DNA of 64,000 nt, from contig CBDIIB010000004.1 of NCBI GenBank assembly GCA_965279525.1, forward strand, positions 992,001 through 1,056,000. The letters are read 5' to 3'. Below, one piece after another: positions 61,254 to 64,000 of this stretch. The position numbers and the translations under genes were made by a program. The notes beneath the pieces were generated by a model that did no database searches, was not told where the DNA came from, and saw nothing but the letters and a program-made list of their open reading frames with translations. Each line of letters starts with the position of its first letter. Positions within the stretch are counted from its first letter, which is position 1. This DNA is from Tagaea sp. (lineage in GTDB: Bacteria; Pseudomonadota; Alphaproteobacteria; CACIAM-22H2).

Positions 61254-61874
61254 ATGCTCGTCGTCTATGGTCGCGGAAGTTCGTCCAACGTCCAGAAGGT
61301 CCTGTGGCTGTGCGAGGAGCTGGGGCTCCCCTACTCCAGCGCCCACGACGTGGCGCCGGGCAAGGCCAAGGAGAGTGCCGATTACACCAAGCTCAATCCC
61401 AACGGCCTGATCCCGACGATCGACGACGACGGCTTCGTGCTGTGGGAGTCGAACGCGATCGTGCGCTATCTCGCGGCCAAGCACGCCAACGGCTCGCTCT
61501 TCCCGGGCGACCTGCGCGTGCGCGCGGATGCTGACCGCTGGATGGACTGGCAGGCCACCGTGCTTGCCCCGCCGACGGCCGTGGTCCTGCTCCAGACGAT
61601 CCGCACCGCACCCGACAAGCGCGACAACGCCGCACTCGCCACCGCCTGCCAGACGCTGCGCGACAAGGCCGGCACGCTCGACACCGCTCTCGCCGGCCGC
61701 AGCTACATCGCCGGAGCCGCGTTCACGATGGGCGACCTGCCGATCGGCCAGTGGATGTGGCGCTACGCGAGCCTCGTGCCCGACCGCCCGAAGCACGCGA
61801 ACCTCGAAGCGTGGTACGCACGCCTGCAGGAGCGCCCGGCCTTCCGCAAGATCGTGATGACGAAGCTGGTCTAG
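61254..61874 (+). CDS. Glutathione S-transferase (GstB-like)
   Basis: [27 protein letters not shown]. Confidence 0.93.
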   Translation: MLVVYGRGSSSNVQKVLWLCEELGLPYSSAHDVAPGKAKESADYTKLNPNGLIPTIDDDGFVLWESNAIVRYLAAKHANGSLFPGDLRVRADADRWMDWQATVLAPPTAVVLLQTIRTAPDKRDNAALATACQTLRDKAGTLDTALAGRSYIAGAAFTMGDLPIGQWMWRYASLVPDRPKHANLEAWYARLQERPAFRKIVMTKLV

Positions 61875-62194
61875 CTTTCGCGCGGGCCCAGCAGAATCAC
61901 CGCAGCACCGGCAAGGCAGATCGCGGCACCGATCGCATCCCAGCGGTCGGGGCGTGCGCCTTCCACGGCCCACAGCCACGCGAGCGACGCGGCGATATAG
62001 ACGCCGCCATAGGCCGCGAATGCGCGACCGGCGAAGTCGCTGGGCACCAGCGTCAGCAGCCACGCGAACGCGACGAGGCTTGCGATGCCGGGAACCAGCC
62101 ACAGCGGCGAACGGTCGAGCTTCAGCCACGCCCAGAAGGCGAAGCAGCCCGCGATCTCGGCGAGTGCCGCGGCGGCGAAGACGAGCGCCGTCAC
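61871..62194 (-). CDS. YnfA (UPF0060) small membrane protein
   Basis: [24 protein letters not shown]; GTG start. Confidence 0.9.
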   Translation of the reverse strand: MTALVFAAAALAEIAGCFAFWAWLKLDRSPLWLVPGIASLVAFAWLLTLVPSDFAGRAFAAYGGVYIAASLAWLWAVEGARPDRWDAIGAAICLAGAAVILLGPRES

Positions 62195-62196
62195 GC

Positions 62197-62898
62197 CTAG
62201 GCCTTCAGCCAGCGGCGCAGGGCTTCGTTCGTTTCCTTCGGCTTTTCCATCGTCGAGAGATGGCCGCAATCCTCGATGACGCACAGCTGTGCGGCCGGAA
62301 TGTCGGCGGCCATTTCCTGGCTCAAGGCCAGCGGTGTCGCCTCGTCCTCGCGCCCGCACATCACCAGCGTCGGGCAGACGATTTCGGCCAGCATCGGACG
62401 GCTGTCGGGCCGGCCCATGATCGCGGCGACCTGGCGGCAGAACGCGTCGGGCCCGACGCGGTTGGTCATGTCGAGCACGCGCTGCGCGATACCCGGATCG
62501 CGCGCGATCGATTTGGGGCTGACCCAGTTGGGCAGCAAAGCGGGCGTGACACCCTTGAACTTGCCCTTCTTGGCGTGCGCCACGAACATCTTGCGCTTGC
62601 GCGTCTGTTCGGGCGTGTCGGCGCGCGCGGACGTGTCGAGCAACGCAAGCCGTTCGACGCGCGTGTGCGCGCGGCGCAGGATCTCGAAGGCGAGATACCC
62701 GCCCATCGACAGCCCGGCGAGCGCGAAGCGTGCCGGTGCGCGCGCCAGCACCTGCGTGGCCATGTCGGCGAAGTTGTCCGCCTGCGTGAGGTCGGCGACC
62801 TGGATGTCGGCGATGTCGGCAAGGCCTTCGATCTGCGCCATCCACAATTCGCGGTCGCAGATCAGGCCGGGCAGCAGGACAAGCGGCATGCGGCTCAT
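62197..62898 (-). CDS. Alpha/beta fold hydrolase
   Basis: LLPGL.CD, GLSMGG, CGHLS. Confidence 0.9.
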   Translation of the reverse strand: MSRMPLVLLPGLICDRELWMAQIEGLADIADIQVADLTQADNFADMATQVLARAPARFALAGLSMGGYLAFEILRRAHTRVERLALLDTSARADTPEQTRKRKMFVAHAKKGKFKGVTPALLPNWVSPKSIARDPGIAQRVLDMTNRVGPDAFCRQVAAIMGRPDSRPMLAEIVCPTLVMCGREDEATPLALSQEMAADIPAAQLCVIEDCGHLSTMEKPKETNEALRRWLKA

Positions 62899-63437
62899 TT
62901 GATCAACCCCGAGATCTCCTTGAATTCAGGCGTGCCCGCCTTGCCGAGCCATTCGAACAGGACCATCTCGGTGCTGACGAGGGCGATGCCCGCCTGGCGC
63001 AGCCGGTCGGCGGCAAGCGAACGATCCGTCTCGCGGCGCGAACTCGTCGCGTCCCACGCGACGGCGATGTCGTAGCCGCGTTCGCGGAATCCGATCGCGG
63101 TCTGCAGCACGCACACATGGCTCTCGATGCCGCAGAGCACGAGCTGGCGGCGGTCGAGCGCGCGCACGCGCGCGACGATGCCGTCATCGCCCGCACAGCT
63201 GAACGCGTTCTTCTCGAGCGTGGCGCCGGCGGGGGCCAGTGCGCCAAGCTCCGGCACCGTGGGGCCAAGCCCCTTGGGGTACTGCTCGGAGACCAGCAGC
63301 GGCACCGAAAGGCGCGTCGCACCGCGCATCAGCTTCGTCGTGTTGGCCACGACCGGTCCGGGCTCCGCCATCGCGGGCAGCAGCTTCGTCTGGATATCGA
63401 CGACGAGGAGTGCGGATCTGGGTGCCACGAGCAGCAT
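62895..63437 (-). CDS. Isochorismatase-family hydrolase
   Basis: [25 protein letters not shown]. Confidence 0.92.
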   Translation of the reverse strand: MLLVAPRSALLVVDIQTKLLPAMAEPGPVVANTTKLMRGATRLSVPLLVSEQYPKGLGPTVPELGALAPAGATLEKNAFSCAGDDGIVARVRALDRRQLVLCGIESHVCVLQTAIGFRERGYDIAVAWDATSSRRETDRSLAADRLRQAGIALVSTEMVLFEWLGKAGTPEFKEISGLIK

Positions 63438-63517
63438 ACAAGGCAAGCTATCCGCGCCTTGTGCGAATGCCAAGCCTTTCGCTCGACACGCGATTCCGCC
63501 GCCGATAGAATCGTTCG

Positions 63518-64000
63518 ATGAAATCCGGCGGTGCGCACATCCAGGATCCGAACACGCTGGGGCGACGCGCCATCGAACATGCCCAGGCCGGCCGGATGGC
63601 CGAAGCGCTCGCGTTGTTCGAGACCGTCGCCCGCCTCGTGCCCGACAGCGCGGAAGCCGCCGCGAACTGCGGCTCGGCCTGCCTCAATCTCTATCGCAAC
63701 GCCGAGGCACGCGACTGGTTCGCGCGCGCCGAAAAGGTCGATCCGCGCTCGACGCGCGCGGCGCTGGGCAGCGGCACCGCATGCCACATGCTGGGCGATC
63801 TCGACGCCGCCGTCGCCGCGTTCGACCGGGCGCTGGCGCTGAAGCCCGACTGGACCGATGCCGTGATGGCGCGCGCCAACGCCTGCCAGGCCGCCGGGCG
63901 CATGGCGGAGGCGGAAGCCGGGTTCCTGCGCACGCGCGAACTCGATCCCGCCGACCTGCGCGCGGCCAACAATCTGGGCCTGCTGCGCGCCGACCAGACG
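63518..64000 (+). CDS. TPR-repeat protein (3' part outside window)
   Basis: Frame open from ATG 63518 to the window end; FDRALALKPD and ELDP...AANNLG TPR motifs. Confidence 0.8.
   Translation, partial: MKSGGAHIQDPNTLGRRAIEHAQAGRMAEALALFETVARLVPDSAEAAANCGSACLNLYRNAEARDWFARAEKVDPRSTRAALGSGTACHMLGDLDAAVAAFDRALALKPDWTDAVMARANACQAAGRMAEAEAGFLRTRELDPADLRAANNLGLLRADQT

Overview
High-GC alphaproteobacterial chromosome segment. The tRNA-His with G-1/C73, the complete ISC system and the short flagellin point to a Rhodospirillales-like organism. Most of the window is core genome: a cysE-iscR-iscS2-iscSUA-hscBA-fdx-iscX-tenA-mnmA-tRNA(Met) cluster, tyrS, AsmA/YhdP, glnE-bcp, prfB with its programmed +1 frameshift, a CobW-WD40 pair, an MCP, SCO, a giant multi-PAS hybrid kinase, malonyl-CoA decarboxylase, nnr, tRNA-His, NtrC/sigma54-driven glnB-glnA (glnA is frameshifted), two paralogous pentapeptide-repeat proteins, a flagellin, parE and assorted stress, detoxification and transport genes. 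No integrase, transposase, CRISPR array or rRNA was seen. Two signals are not explained by ordinary genes. (1) A foreign-looking DUF925 nucleotidyltransferase gene is enclosed by a perfect 37-bp inverted pair of REP-type palindromes (54637-55281), suggesting a REP-bounded cargo cassette. (2) A ~400-bp region lacking a convincing gene (24197-24596) carries a sigma70 promoter, a boxB/boxA-like leader, three hairpins and a helically phased GTCAAC array abutting the prfB stop. All product calls come from motif recognition by eye; no database search was run.
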